A DNA stretch of 64,000 nt from Rubricoccaceae bacterium. Its GTDB lineage: Bacteria > Bacteroidota > Rhodothermia > Rhodothermales > Rubricoccaceae. The stretch lies in NCBI GenBank assembly GCA_963829985.1, contig CAWHKM010000006.1:133770-197769 (forward strand), read 5' to 3'. The notes under the pieces are model-generated. The model saw only the letters and a program-made list of their open reading frames with translations, ran no database searches and was not told the DNA's origin. Made by a program: the position numbers and the translations under genes. Shown piece by piece: positions 1 through 9,397 of this stretch (the first letter of the stretch is position 1; each line of letters opens with the position of its first letter).

Positions 1-1014
1 GCCGCGCTCCACGTCCTCGACGTGGACGGTGCGCTCCTCCCCGTCACGCTGCCGCTGCCCGCTGCCGATCCGTCGTACGTCATCTCGCCGCACGCGCACT
101 TTGCGCGCTACACCGCCGAGGAACTGCACAAGCTCAACAACCGGCCCGCTGAGGCGCTCCTCCGCGGCGTCATCGCCGCGACGGGCGCGGCGCTGAAGGC
201 CGGCGGCGTGGACCAGACCGCCCTCGTCAACAACTACCTGCTCTCGACAAACCTGTGGCCCCGCCTCGGGCCGTGCGCTGAGGGTGGGATCCGCGACGCG
301 CTCGTCGCCGCGTTTCCCGATCACGCCGTCGCCCTCCGGTCCGTAGACGCGCGGACGCAGACGGGGCGCCTCGGGCGGCTGCGGGCAGCCGGCTTCCGCC
401 TCGTCCCGGCGCGTCAGGTCTGGATCCAGGACGCCGAGCGCGCCGCCGGCCTGAAGCGCGTCCGCAAGGATCTCCGGCGCCACGCTGGCCACCGCTGGCG
501 CATCGCCGAGGTGACGGTCGCCGATGCGCCGCGCGTCGCCGAGCTCTACGGGATGCTGTACCTCGACAAGTACTCGCGCCTGAACCCGCAGCTGACGGTC
601 CGCTTTTTCGAGCGCGCCATCGCGGGCGGCTGGCTGACGTTCCGCGGCTTCGCCCGCGACGGCGACCCGGCGAACGGCCTCGACGCCGTGCTGGGCTACG
701 TCGTCCGCGAAACGGCGTGCGGGCTGACAATGACGCAGTCCGTCTTCGGCTTCGACACGCGCCTGCCGCTGCGCCTCGGCCTGTACAGCCTGCTCAGCAC
801 GCAGGTCTTTCTGGAGGCGCAGGCGCATGGGCTGCTCGTCCACCGCAGCGCCGGCGCGGGCGCGTTCAAGGCCGCGCGCGGCGCCGTGCCCGTCCCGGAG
901 TTCCTGGCCGTCTACGACCGCCACCTGCCTGCGGCGCGACGTGCCCCGTGGGCGCTGCTCGAGGCGCTCGGGACGCGGATCGGCCTGCCGCTGCTGCGGA
1001 CGTACGGGCTCTGA
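1..1014 (+). CDS. GNAT-fold acyltransferase family protein (BioF2/FemAB-like); 5' end lies outside the window
   Basis: The frame is open from base 1 (track ORF 22..1014). Third codon positions are strongly G/C-biased. The C-terminal half (YLDKYSRLNPQLT ... GYVVRE ... QSVFGFD) resembles the Acetyltransf_6/FemAB-type GNAT fold, judged by eye only. Confidence 0.45.
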   Translation, partial: AALHVLDVDGALLPVTLPLPAADPSYVISPHAHFARYTAEELHKLNNRPAEALLRGVIAATGAALKAGGVDQTALVNNYLLSTNLWPRLGPCAEGGIRDALVAAFPDHAVALRSVDARTQTGRLGRLRAAGFRLVPARQVWIQDAERAAGLKRVRKDLRRHAGHRWRIAEVTVADAPRVAELYGMLYLDKYSRLNPQLTVRFFERAIAGGWLTFRGFARDGDPANGLDAVLGYVVRETACGLTMTQSVFGFDTRLPLRLGLYSLLSTQVFLEAQAHGLLVHRSAGAGAFKAARGAVPVPEFLAVYDRHLPAARRAPWALLEALGTRIGLPLLRTYGL

Positions 1015-1115
1015 TGCCGTCTGGATCGGGATTATTCCCCACACCACTGGTCCGAACGGATCAGGCGCTCCCTGGCCGCGCCTCGTACCCTTCGGACGAG
1101 CCCACACCCAGAGCG

Positions 1116-2096
1116 ATGACCCGAGTTCAGATCGCCGGCCTCGGCCGGTACCTGCCGCCGCGCGTCGTGCCGAGCGCCGAGGTGGAGGCGTGGTGCGGCG
1201 TGCCGGCGGGATGGTCCGAGCGCTACGCGGGCGTCCGCGAGCGGCGCCGTGCCGAGGGCGAGACGGCGACCGACATGGCGGCGAAGGCTGCGGACAAGGC
1301 GCTCGGGGCGGCGGGCCTCGCCGCGGCCGACCTCGACCTCGTGCTGTGGGCGTCGGGCACGCCGGACCAGCCGATCCCGGACGGCGGGGCTCTGCTCCAC
1401 CGCGCGCTTGGCCTTCGGGGCGTCCCGGCGTTCGCCGTCCACGCGACGTGCCTCGGCTTCCTCGCCGGCCTCCACACGGCGGCGCTCTACATCGCCGGCG
1501 GCGCCGCGCGGCGCGTGCTCGTCGCCTGCGCCGAGGTGACGTCGGGCGGGCTGAACCGCGACCAGCCCGAGAGCGCGCTCCTGCTCGGCGATGGCGCCGC
1601 GGCGGCCGTCGTCACCGCGACGCCCGACGGCGACGCGTCCTGCATCGAGGCGGTCCGCTTCGAGACGTTCTCCGAGGGCGCCGACCTCACGGCGGTCCGC
1701 GGGGGCGGCTCGCGCCTCCACCCCAACACGCTCCCGCACCGCGACGCCGACTTCCAGTTTGCGATGGACGGCCGCGGCGTGCTCCGGCTGACGCTCCAGC
1801 ACGTCGGCCCGTTTCTCGAGGCGCTGCGGCCCGGCCTGTCGCGCAGCCTGCCGGGCATCGACCACGTCGTGCCGCACCAGGCGAGCGAGGCGGGCTTCCG
1901 TCTCATGGCCGGGCTGGGCTGGCCCGCCGAGCGCGTCGAGCGGACGCTGGACTGGACGGGCAACGTCGTCGCGGCGTCGATCCCGATCGCGCTCTACGAG
2001 GCCGTGGCGGCCGGCCGCGTCCGCCGCGGCGACCGGATCCTGCTCTCGGGCACCGGCGCCGGCCTCACGCTTGGCGGCCTCGTTCTGACGTACTGA
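1116..2096 (+). CDS. 3-oxoacyl-ACP synthase III (FabH/KAS III family)
   Basis: Lies within track ORF 717..2096, with a credible ATG at 1116 (MTRVQIAGLGRYLP). KAS III catalytic triad context is present: Cys in HATCLGF, His in VVPHQAS, Asn in GNVVAASIP. Confidence 0.8.
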   Translation: MTRVQIAGLGRYLPPRVVPSAEVEAWCGVPAGWSERYAGVRERRRAEGETATDMAAKAADKALGAAGLAAADLDLVLWASGTPDQPIPDGGALLHRALGLRGVPAFAVHATCLGFLAGLHTAALYIAGGAARRVLVACAEVTSGGLNRDQPESALLLGDGAAAAVVTATPDGDASCIEAVRFETFSEGADLTAVRGGGSRLHPNTLPHRDADFQFAMDGRGVLRLTLQHVGPFLEALRPGLSRSLPGIDHVVPHQASEAGFRLMAGLGWPAERVERTLDWTGNVVAASIPIALYEAVAAGRVRRGDRILLSGTGAGLTLGGLVLTY

Positions 2097-2226
2097 GGCA
2101 TGGAGACCAGCCTGAGGGCGGACTGCGGTTTATGCGCCCCCGATTCTCGCGTTCTCTCCACACGCCGCAGTTGATGCCGCCGCGCGGCGCGCGTAGGTTC
2201 ACCGTCCGCCGGCTGCACCGGCGCTC

Positions 2227-2300
2227 GGGCCTTTAGCTCAGCGGTTTAGAGCGCTCGCCTCACACGCGAGAGGTCGTAAGTTCAAATCTTACAAGGCCCA
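2227..2300 (+). tRNA. tRNA-Val (anticodon CAC)
   Basis: Folded by hand as a cloverleaf: acceptor GGGCCTT/AAGGCCC, D arm GCTC...GAGC, anticodon stem CTCGC/GCGAG with loop CT-CAC-AC, T arm GTAAG-TTCAAAT-CTTAC, discriminator A. Length is 74 nt. Confidence 0.93.
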
Positions 2301-2307
2301 CCCAGGC

Positions 2308-2343
2308 AGCCCCCCGATCCGCCGCGGTCAGGGGGCTGTTTTT
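2308..2343 (+). terminator. Rho-independent terminator downstream of tRNA-Val
   Basis: Stem CAGCCCCC (2308-2315) pairs with GGGGCTG (2331-2338) and is followed by TTTTT (2339-2343). Confidence 0.6.
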
Positions 2344-2360
2344 GGTCCGGCCCCCGACCG

Positions 2361-4100
2361 ATGACGCTCCGCACCCAGATCCTGCTCGGTTACGGCGGCG
2401 TGCTCGCGCTCGCGGCAGGCGTCGTCGCGCTCGCTGTTGGCAGCATCGTGCGCCTCGGGGACGCTCAGGCGGCGGTCCTGAGCGAGAACTACCGCTCGAT
2501 CGAGGCGGCTGAGACGATGGCCGACGCGCTCGAGCGGCAGGACTCGGCGGTCCTCCTCGGCGCGGCCGGGGCCGGGCAGTTCCGGTCCAACGCCCCGCGG
2601 TTTTCCGACGCGCTCGCGACCGCACAGGGGAACGTGACAGTCGTGGGCGAGGGCGCCGCGGCGGCAGACATCGAGCGGGCGTACGCCGCGTTCGCGTCCG
2701 CAGCGGCCGGTGGGGCCGACTACGAGACGGCCGTCCGGCCGCGCTTTGAGGCGGCGAAAGCGGCCGTCGCACGCCTGCGCGACCTCAACGAGGCGGCGAT
2801 GGTGGCGGCCTCGGACCGTGCCGCGGCCGAGGCGCGTCGCGCCGTCGCGCGCGTCGTCGGCGTCGCGGCCGGCGTGCTGCTGCTCGGCGTCGCGCTGAGC
2901 GTTGCGCTGGCCGCGCGCGTCTCGCGTCCCGTCCGGAGGATGCGGGCGGCGGCGCGGCGCATCGCGGCGGGCGACCTCGACGTGGCTGTCGCGCCCGGGG
3001 CGTCGGACGAACTCGGCGCGCTCGCGGCGGCCTTCAACGAGATGACGGCGCGCCTGCGGGCCTACCGCGCGCTCGACGTCGAGCGCCTCGTCGCCGAGCA
3101 GCGCAAAGGAGCGGCTGTTATTGCAACTGTGACGGACGGCATCCTCCTCCTCCGCGCCGATGACACCGTGGACGGCCTGAACCCGGCCGCCGAGGCGGCG
3201 CTCGGGGCGGACCGGGGCGCAGCGCTCGGTCAGCCGCTGGCTGCCGTCTCCCGCGTGCTCGCCGCCGCGCGGCGCGCTCCCGGCGCCTCGCCCCGCTTTA
3301 TCGACTCGCCGGACGGCGCGCGCCACTTCGAGGTCGTCGAGACGCCGGTCGAGTTGCCGGGCGAGGGCGCGCCGGGCGCGCTCGTCGTCCTCCGCGACGT
3401 GACAGGCCTTCGCGAGCTCGACCGCCTCAAGAGCGCCTTCGTCGCGACGGCCTCGCACGAGCTCAAGACGCCGCTGACGTCGATGAGCATGGGCGTGGCG
3501 TTCCTCAAAGACAGGCTCGCCGGCCGCGTCTCGGGGGTCGAGGCGGACATCCTCGGCGCTGTCTCCGAGGATGTGGAACGGCTCACGGACCTCGTTCGCG
3601 ACCTTCTCGACCTCTCGAAGATCGACGCCGGCGGGCTGTCCCTCAGCCTCGCTCCGACGCCTGTCGCCGACCTTGTCGCGCAGGCCGTGCGCGGCGTTGG
3701 CCTGCCCGCCCACACGGCCGGCGTCGAGGTGACGGCCGACGTGCCGGACACCCTCGTGGTGCGCGCCGACGCGCCGCGCGTGCAGCACGTGCTGACGAAC
3801 CTCCTCGCCAACGCGCTCCGCTTTACGGACCGCGGCGGCCACGTCGCCGTCTCGGCCCGGCCCGCCGGGGCGCTCGTCGAGATCACGGTCGCGGACGACG
3901 GGGACGGCATTCCCCTTGACCTTCAGGGCCGCATCTTCGACCGTTTCGTGCAGGCGCCGGGCGCGAAAGCTGCCGGCGGCTCGGGCCTCGGGCTGGCCAT
4001 CTGCCGCGAGATCGTCGAGGCGCACGGCGGCACGATCTGGGTCGAATCCGCCCCGGGGCACGGGGCCACGTTCACGTTCACCCTGCCCGCCGCGGCGTGA
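2361..4100 (+). CDS. Sensor histidine kinase (TM, HAMP, PAS-like, HisKA, HATPase_c)
   Basis: Track ORF of 579 aa. It has an N-terminal TM segment, a HAMP domain (SDELGALAAAFNEMTARL), the H-box ASHELKTPLTSM, and N/G boxes (LTNLLANALRF, GSGLGLAICREIVEAHGGTIWVES). Confidence 0.85.
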   Translation: MTLRTQILLGYGGVLALAAGVVALAVGSIVRLGDAQAAVLSENYRSIEAAETMADALERQDSAVLLGAAGAGQFRSNAPRFSDALATAQGNVTVVGEGAAAADIERAYAAFASAAAGGADYETAVRPRFEAAKAAVARLRDLNEAAMVAASDRAAAEARRAVARVVGVAAGVLLLGVALSVALAARVSRPVRRMRAAARRIAAGDLDVAVAPGASDELGALAAAFNEMTARLRAYRALDVERLVAEQRKGAAVIATVTDGILLLRADDTVDGLNPAAEAALGADRGAALGQPLAAVSRVLAAARRAPGASPRFIDSPDGARHFEVVETPVELPGEGAPGALVVLRDVTGLRELDRLKSAFVATASHELKTPLTSMSMGVAFLKDRLAGRVSGVEADILGAVSEDVERLTDLVRDLLDLSKIDAGGLSLSLAPTPVADLVAQAVRGVGLPAHTAGVEVTADVPDTLVVRADAPRVQHVLTNLLANALRFTDRGGHVAVSARPAGALVEITVADDGDGIPLDLQGRIFDRFVQAPGAKAAGGSGLGLAICREIVEAHGGTIWVESAPGHGATFTFTLPAAA

Positions 4101-4491
4101 CGGGTGAGCCGGCGTCCTTCGCCTCAAGCGTGCGCACGAGGCGCGTGAGGTCGGCCGGCGTGAACGGCTTGGTGAGGTACTCCACCGCGCCTGCCTTCAT
4201 CGCCTCAACGGCCGTCTCGGTGCTCCCGTTGGCCGTGATCATCGCGAGGTGGACGTCCGGAAACTCCTCGTGGATGTCGTTCAGCGCCTCGAGGCCATCC
4301 ATGCCGGGCATCTGGTAGTCCATCAGCACGAGCCAGAACGGGCCCCCGGGGTGGGGCTTGCGGACCTCGTAGACGGCCTCCCATCCGTTGATAACCGTCG
4401 CCACGTCGAAGCCCATGTCGGCGAGCGTCGCGGAGAGGGTGAGGCGGATGTTCTTCTCGTCGTCGGCGACGAGGACGCGGCGGACAGACAT
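4078..4491 (-). CDS. Single-domain response regulator (receiver only)
   Basis: This is the C-terminal 137 codons of track ORF 4078..5523, with the ATG at 4491 (MSVRRVLVADDE). Receiver motifs are present: DD pair, LVLMDYQMPGMDG, ITANG, LTKPF. The upstream part of the track ORF is Arg/Pro-rich shadow sequence. Confidence 0.85.
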   Translation of the reverse strand: MSVRRVLVADDEKNIRLTLSATLADMGFDVATVINGWEAVYEVRKPHPGGPFWLVLMDYQMPGMDGLEALNDIHEEFPDVHLAMITANGSTETAVEAMKAGAVEYLTKPFTPADLTRLVRTLEAKDAGSPVTPRRAG

Positions 4492-4547
4492 GGCAGGGGA
4501 GAGCGTGGTGCGGGCCAAGATCGGCAGGCCGCGCCCGGCGCGCCCGC

Positions 4548-6191
4548 TCAGTAGCGGACGCTGCGGAAGGGGAGGCCCCAGCGGATCTCGAGGAGCGCCG
4601 TGAGCGAGCGCGTCGCGCCGAGCAGCGCGTCGTTGACGGAGTGCCCGACGAGCGCGCCCTCGGCGACGAGGCCCGGCAGCAGCTCGTAGCCCGCCCGCGC
4701 CTCGACGAGCGTCTCGGTCTGGCGGATGCCCGTGAGCGTCGGCACGCCGTCGAGGTCGAGCGCGGTGTCGCGCGTCGTGTACGGCAGCCTCGGGTCGGCG
4801 CCGACGTTCTGGCCGTCCGGGTTTCTCCCGCGGACGGTGTGGGCCACGTTGAGCGCCGTCTGGATGCGGATCGTCGGGCGGTAGCGGGCGAAAAAGCTCA
4901 GGTCGACTGCGTTCGGGCCAGCGGCGTAGCCGAGCACGTCGCCGTAATGCGTCGCCGAGGACTCCTCGGTCTTGTGCGAGTAGAGGTAGGGGCGCAGGCG
5001 CGCCGCCTCCGCGCGGAGCTCGAGGCCCGGCAGCCCGAGGTCGACGGTGTGGATGCCGCCGAGCACGCCCCACTTGTTGCCCCAGTAGTCGTCGAAGAAG
5101 CGGCTCGCCGTGAACTCGTCCAGCAGGCCCTGCGCGTAGACCCGGACGCCGCGCGCGGGCCGGACGGCGATCGTTCCGCCGAGCAGCGCGTTGTCTGCCG
5201 AGCCCAGTTCGGACTCGACCGAGCGGTAGAAGATGACCGGGTTGAGGTAGCCGAGCTCGAAGCCGCGGCGGTTGCCGCCCGTCGTGTCGTCGTGAAACAT
5301 GACCTGCTCGAAGACCTCGAGGTCCACGCGCCCGAGCGTCACGCCGAGCTGGTGGAAGGCGCCGTACTTGGACGGCAGCAGGTTGTCGCCGACGCGGGCG
5401 GGCGTCGTGAAGCGGGCGAAGACGGAGGCGTAGCGAAACGGCCCCGCGTGCGCGCGCACCTCGAGGTGGTCGTACGGGGCGGCGTAGCTGCTCAGGAAGA
5501 GCGAGTTCTGCCCGGGCCCCCACTGGTTGCGGTCGCGCCCGAAGCGGACTTCGACGAAGCGGTCCTGGTAGCCGACGACGCCCGTCGCGGTGAAATAGTC
5601 GTAGGTCTCGCCGTCGGGCAGCTTCACGAAGCCGAGGCGCGGCGTCGTCGCGCCAGCCGCGTCGTAGTCGAGGACAGGGTCCACGCGCTGGTTTTCTTCG
5701 GCGCGCGTCTCGAAGAAGAGGTGCCGCCCGAGGTGCCCGCCGAGGCGGATCCCGCGCGACGCCTGGTACGCGAGGACGCTCGGGCTGCGCGTCTCGGTCT
5801 CGGTCCGGCGGGCGGGCCCGGCGGCGAGGTAAAGCAGGGGCTCCGCCTCGACGGCATAGCCGTCGCCCTCGATGCGGACGGGCACGGAGCCGTCTCGGTA
5901 CAGCCCGAACGGCGAGAAGCGCGGCGGCGGCGCCTCGCCGCGGTAGCGCTGGACGAGCGCGCGGTCGGCGCGCGAAAGGTCCGTCCGCGTCGCGAGCGTG
6001 TCGAGAAGGCGGGACGCCTCAGCGGCTGAGAGCGGCTGGAGGTCCGCCGAGGCGGACGGGATGCGGCCTGCCGCCGCTTGCCGCACGAGCAGCTCGCTCA
6101 GCGGATTCCCGATCTGCAGCAGCCCCTCGCGCTGCGCCCGCGCCGCCGGGATGAGGAGGGCAGCGAGCAGGACGACGAGGGCGAGGCGCAT
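4548..6191 (-). CDS. Outer-membrane beta-barrel protein, capsule-assembly Wzi-like family
   Basis: Track ORF 4548..6305. The likely start is 6191, giving the signal peptide MRLALVVLLAALLIPAARAQ. The terminal residue is aromatic (RSVRY), which is typical of OM barrels. The Wzi-family resemblance is from memory only. Confidence 0.5.
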   Translation of the reverse strand: MRLALVVLLAALLIPAARAQREGLLQIGNPLSELLVRQAAAGRIPSASADLQPLSAAEASRLLDTLATRTDLSRADRALVQRYRGEAPPPRFSPFGLYRDGSVPVRIEGDGYAVEAEPLLYLAAGPARRTETETRSPSVLAYQASRGIRLGGHLGRHLFFETRAEENQRVDPVLDYDAAGATTPRLGFVKLPDGETYDYFTATGVVGYQDRFVEVRFGRDRNQWGPGQNSLFLSSYAAPYDHLEVRAHAGPFRYASVFARFTTPARVGDNLLPSKYGAFHQLGVTLGRVDLEVFEQVMFHDDTTGGNRRGFELGYLNPVIFYRSVESELGSADNALLGGTIAVRPARGVRVYAQGLLDEFTASRFFDDYWGNKWGVLGGIHTVDLGLPGLELRAEAARLRPYLYSHKTEESSATHYGDVLGYAAGPNAVDLSFFARYRPTIRIQTALNVAHTVRGRNPDGQNVGADPRLPYTTRDTALDLDGVPTLTGIRQTETLVEARAGYELLPGLVAEGALVGHSVNDALLGATRSLTALLEIRWGLPFRSVRY

Positions 6192-6334
6192 GAGCGAAAG
6201 ACGAAGGGGGGAAGGCAAAGAGTACAACGCGAGCTCCCCGCGGCGCGCGCCTCGTGCCAGACGAGACAGTAGACACGCGCGCTCCGAAAAGAAGTGCCGG
6301 GCCACAGGGCGGGGAGGAGATATCGCCCTCCGGT

Positions 6335-7147
6335 CTAATCCCGCGAGACGCGGACGAACGGGTCGTCGTCGTCCTCAACGTCCTCCTTCGGCATCATCAT
6401 CGAGAGGATGAAGTAGAGCGGGATCGCGATGCCGTTGGTGAAGACCGCGAGCGCCACGAAGGCGATGCGCACGAGCAGCGGGTCGAGGCCGGTGTAGGTG
6501 GCGATGCCGGCGGCGACGCCCGAGATCTTGCGGTTGCGTCGGTCCTTGGTGAGACGCGTGCCGCGCACCTTGCCCTCCTTGCGGCGCTCGGACTGCTGGC
6601 GGGCATAGGCGAGCTCGGCGGCGCGCGTCGCGGCGCGGCCGGCGTCCATCGCGGCGCGTCCGGCGAGGCCGAACGCGGCGGTGGCCGCCGCCGCCGCGGC
6701 CTTACCCGGCGTGTCCGTGCGTGCGTCCCGGCGGTCCGTCTCGCTGCGGCCCATCGTCTTGCGCGCCTGGCGCTGCATCTTCGCCGCCCGTTCGCGGGCT
6801 TTGCGGCGGCGGCGTGCGGCGGGGCTCCACGAGAGCACGCCGAAGCCCGTCAGCATGATGAGCACGCTCGCGATGACCGGCAGGAGCGCGGCGAGCGTCG
6901 AGAGGTCTGCGAAGAAGGGCAGCAGGCCGATCTGCTGGAGCGAGTACAGCGCGCCGAGGCCGATCAGGCCGAGGCCGGAGGCCGTCTGCAGGTTGAGGAA
7001 GCCGGACTCCTTGCGGGTCTCGGTCTCGGCCTCGAGGTCCTGGTCGGCGAGGTATGCCGCGATGTCGGCGTCGGTGACGAGACCGAACTCGTCGTCGTAG
7101 ACGTCGGAGTCTGGCGAAGGCGTCGTCTGGCGCTGGCGCGTGGCCAT
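6335..7147 (-). CDS. PspC domain-containing membrane protein
   Basis: Track ORF of 270 aa. It has central TM helices and a C-terminal PspC-type segment (ISGVAAGIATYTGLDPLLVRIAFVALAVF). Confidence 0.7.
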   Translation of the reverse strand: MATRQRQTTPSPDSDVYDDEFGLVTDADIAAYLADQDLEAETETRKESGFLNLQTASGLGLIGLGALYSLQQIGLLPFFADLSTLAALLPVIASVLIMLTGFGVLSWSPAARRRRKARERAAKMQRQARKTMGRSETDRRDARTDTPGKAAAAAATAAFGLAGRAAMDAGRAATRAAELAYARQQSERRKEGKVRGTRLTKDRRNRKISGVAAGIATYTGLDPLLVRIAFVALAVFTNGIAIPLYFILSMMMPKEDVEDDDDPFVRVSRD

Positions 7148-7261
7148 GAGGGGCGTGCGGTCGGGATCAGGGTCAAGCTACGGGGCGGCGGCGGAGAAGT
7201 TTGTGGTTTGGCGGATGCGGGCGCGTGGACCCCGCAACGCCTCAGCGCCTAGCCCCACGCC

Positions 7262-7846
7262 TCACCCCGCGTTCTCTCGAAACCGGATCGTCTCGCGGTC
7301 GGTCACGGCGGCGTCGAGGCATGTGTCGTGCGCCTCGGTCGGAAGCGCCGCGACGAGGCACGCGTGGGGTGCGACGCCGACGCGGAGCGCGGGCGTCGTC
7401 GGGAGAAAGGCGTCGTAGTAGCCCCCGCCGTAGCCGAGGCGGCTGCCGTCGCGGCCGAGCGCCAGCGCGGGCACCACGACGACGTCGATCGTGGCGGGGT
7501 CGACAGCCGGCGCGTCCGGCGCGGGCTCGCGCAGACCCCAGCGGCCCTCTGCGAGGTCTGCCTCGGTCACGAACCGGCGCGCGGCGAGGCCCGGCAAGGC
7601 GCCCGGGATCACAACGGGCAGCGCGACAGCCACGCCTCGCTCAGCGAGCGTCACGACGAACGGCCGCAGGTCGACCTCACCGGGCAGCGGCCAGAACGCC
7701 ATCACGACGCGCGCCCCGGCGGTCTCGGGGAGCGCGAGCAGGCGCGCGATGATCGCGGCGTCCGCACGCTCCTCGCGGGCTCCGCGGAGGGCGCGGAACC
7801 GGGACCGCAACGCGGCTTTCTCGATGGACACCTTTGCCTCTTCCAT
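7262..7846 (-). CDS. 5-formyltetrahydrofolate cyclo-ligase
   Basis: Track ORF of 194 aa. Family signature VVVVPALALGRDGSRLGYGGGYYDAF is present, along with the GEVD motif. Confidence 0.8.
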   Translation of the reverse strand: MEEAKVSIEKAALRSRFRALRGAREERADAAIIARLLALPETAGARVVMAFWPLPGEVDLRPFVVTLAERGVAVALPVVIPGALPGLAARRFVTEADLAEGRWGLREPAPDAPAVDPATIDVVVVPALALGRDGSRLGYGGGYYDAFLPTTPALRVGVAPHACLVAALPTEAHDTCLDAAVTDRETIRFRENAG

Positions 7847-7847
7847 T

Positions 7848-8234
7848 TTGGCTCTCTCAGACCAGACGACCGACGGCGCCTCGCGGCTAGACCGCTTCGA
7901 CGCCTACCGCACGCGCATGAACCGCCGCATCCTCGACGACGGGACGCACCTCGGCACCAAGCGGTTCTTCAACCTCGACTCGGCCGCCTACCGCGACGGG
8001 GCGCTCGACGGCCGCACGAAAGAGCTGCTCGGGCTCGTCGCGAGCCTCGTGCTGCGCTGCAACGACTGCGTGGACTACCACCTCGACCAGTGCGTCGAGG
8101 CGGGCTACTCCGACGCCGAGATCGAGGACGCGCTGAACGTCGGGCTCGTCGTCGGCGGCTCGATCGTCATCCCGCACCTGCGCCACGGCATCGAGACGCT
8201 CGACCTGCTGCGGGAGCGGGAGGCGCGCAACTAG
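7848..8234 (+). CDS. Carboxymuconolactone decarboxylase (AhpD-like) family protein
   Basis: Lies in the 3' part of track ORF 7491..8234. CMD-type core LLGLVASLVLRCNDCVDYHL is present. The start is uncertain: TTG at 7848 or ATG at 7824, and the latter would overlap the divergent 5-FCL gene. Confidence 0.65.
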   Translation: MALSDQTTDGASRLDRFDAYRTRMNRRILDDGTHLGTKRFFNLDSAAYRDGALDGRTKELLGLVASLVLRCNDCVDYHLDQCVEAGYSDAEIEDALNVGLVVGGSIVIPHLRHGIETLDLLREREARN

Positions 8235-8261
8235 TCGGCGCAACGCGCGAGCCCCGCCCCC

Positions 8262-9194
8262 TCACCGGTCCACGCCGATGCTGAGGGTAACGTTGGCGTA
8301 GGCCCGGACAGGCTGGCCTCCGTCGCGGGCGGCGGAGAAGCCCGTGCCGCGGGCCGCCGTCAGCAGCGCCTCCTCCATGCCGTAGGGCAGCCTCGCCACG
8401 GCCTGCTCGCGGCCGCGGCGGTCGATGAGCGTCCGCTCGACGATCTCGACGCTCAGCGCGCGGCGGTCCGCGCCGACGAGCACGCGGATGACGGCGCGGC
8501 CCTTGACGCCCGCCCGCCGCGCCTCCTCGGGGTACACCGGGAAGGCGAGGCCGTTCGAGCGCGGGCTCTGCTCGGGACGCTCGACGAAGCGCTCGCCGGC
8601 GCCTGGGCCGCCCGGTCCATCGCCCGCGCCGCTGCCTGCTCCGCTGCCTGGCCCCGTCCCCGAGCCGCCTGGTGTGCCCCCGTTGCCCGCCGTGCCGCGT
8701 CCGCCAGGGACACCGCCCGGTGGGCCCGACGTTGGCGCGCCGGGCCCGGCCATGCGCGGCACCTCGGCCGCCGTCGCCGCCGGCACGACCGCGGACGACC
8801 GCGCCGGGCCGGCGCGGCTGACGGGCTCGGCGGTGCTCTGCGGGGTCACACGGTCCGGCACGGCGACGGCCGGCGCTTCTGTCTTCGGCGGAGGCTCGGA
8901 CGGTGGCTGGTCTGCGCGCCCTGGCGCGGCGCCGCCGCCGGCGGTGCTCGGCGTCTCACCGAACGCGGCATCCGGGAGCAGCTCGACCTCCGGGATCGGG
9001 ACGACGTCCGAGACGGCGTACTCGACGATCGGGAGGACCGGCGTCACGGGCACGGCTGGCGTCGCCCAGAGCCACAGCGAAACGGCCACGACGTGCAGCG
9101 CCGCGCTCGCAGCGAGGGCGGTGCCGAGACGGCGGTGGCGGGCGCGGACGCGCGTTGGGTCGAGGGACGGAAGCACGGGAGCGACGGGCGACAA
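8262..9194 (-). CDS. TonB family energy-transducer protein
   Basis: Track ORF of 310 aa. It has an N-terminal TM anchor (ALAASAALHVVAVSLWLWA), a Pro/Gly-rich linker and a C-terminal TonB_C-like domain (FPVYPEEARRAGVKGRAVIRVLV). Confidence 0.7.
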   Translation of the reverse strand: MSPVAPVLPSLDPTRVRARHRRLGTALAASAALHVVAVSLWLWATPAVPVTPVLPIVEYAVSDVVPIPEVELLPDAAFGETPSTAGGGAAPGRADQPPSEPPPKTEAPAVAVPDRVTPQSTAEPVSRAGPARSSAVVPAATAAEVPRMAGPGAPTSGPPGGVPGGRGTAGNGGTPGGSGTGPGSGAGSGAGDGPGGPGAGERFVERPEQSPRSNGLAFPVYPEEARRAGVKGRAVIRVLVGADRRALSVEIVERTLIDRRGREQAVARLPYGMEEALLTAARGTGFSAARDGGQPVRAYANVTLSIGVDR

Positions 9195-9368
9195 CGGAGG
9201 GTACGACGCGGGCGCTGCCTCGGACAGGCGAAACGGAGCGCCTGCCCGAATGCGCGTGGCCGTATCTTAGGGCCGCACGACGACCCTCCCCCGGTGCGCT
9301 TCCCGATCGCGTGGCCCGACGGCCCGATCTGCTCTCCCGCCGACGCCGCGCCCGCGCCCGGGCCGAGC

Positions 9369-9397
9369 AGCCTCCCGTTTCCGGGGGGCTTTTTTTG
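9369..9397 (+). terminator. Terminator-like hairpin plus U-tract in the carA leader (possible attenuator)
   Basis: AGCCTCCC (9369-9376) pairs with GGGGGGCT (9383-9390), including one G-U pair. It is followed by a T-run through 9396, only 13-34 nt upstream of the candidate carA starts. Confidence 0.4.

Noticed and set aside
2227-2300. tRNA-Val (and tRNA-Leu at 60213-60297) as integration sites of a genomic island or prophage
   Set aside because: No integrase, transposase, phage or plasmid genes are present. No direct repeat of the tRNA 3' end was seen nearby, and the flanking genes are ordinary housekeeping genes.
4078-4100. 23-bp overlap of the convergent sensor kinase and response regulator 3' ends as an antisense regulatory feature
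   Set aside because: Short convergent overlaps are common in compact GC-rich genomes. The two genes are on opposite strands and need not be partners, and nothing further supports a special mechanism.
2328-4127. 599-aa minus-strand ORF antisense to the sensor kinase. Similar long antisense or off-frame ORFs occur at 17067..19994, 25581..27068, 53258..55504, 53635..56085 and 57695..60265.
   Set aside because: These are typical shadow ORFs of a very GC-rich genome. Their translations are Arg/Ala/Gly/Pro-dominated with no recognisable motifs, and each fully overlaps a gene with clear domain signatures on the other strand or in another frame.
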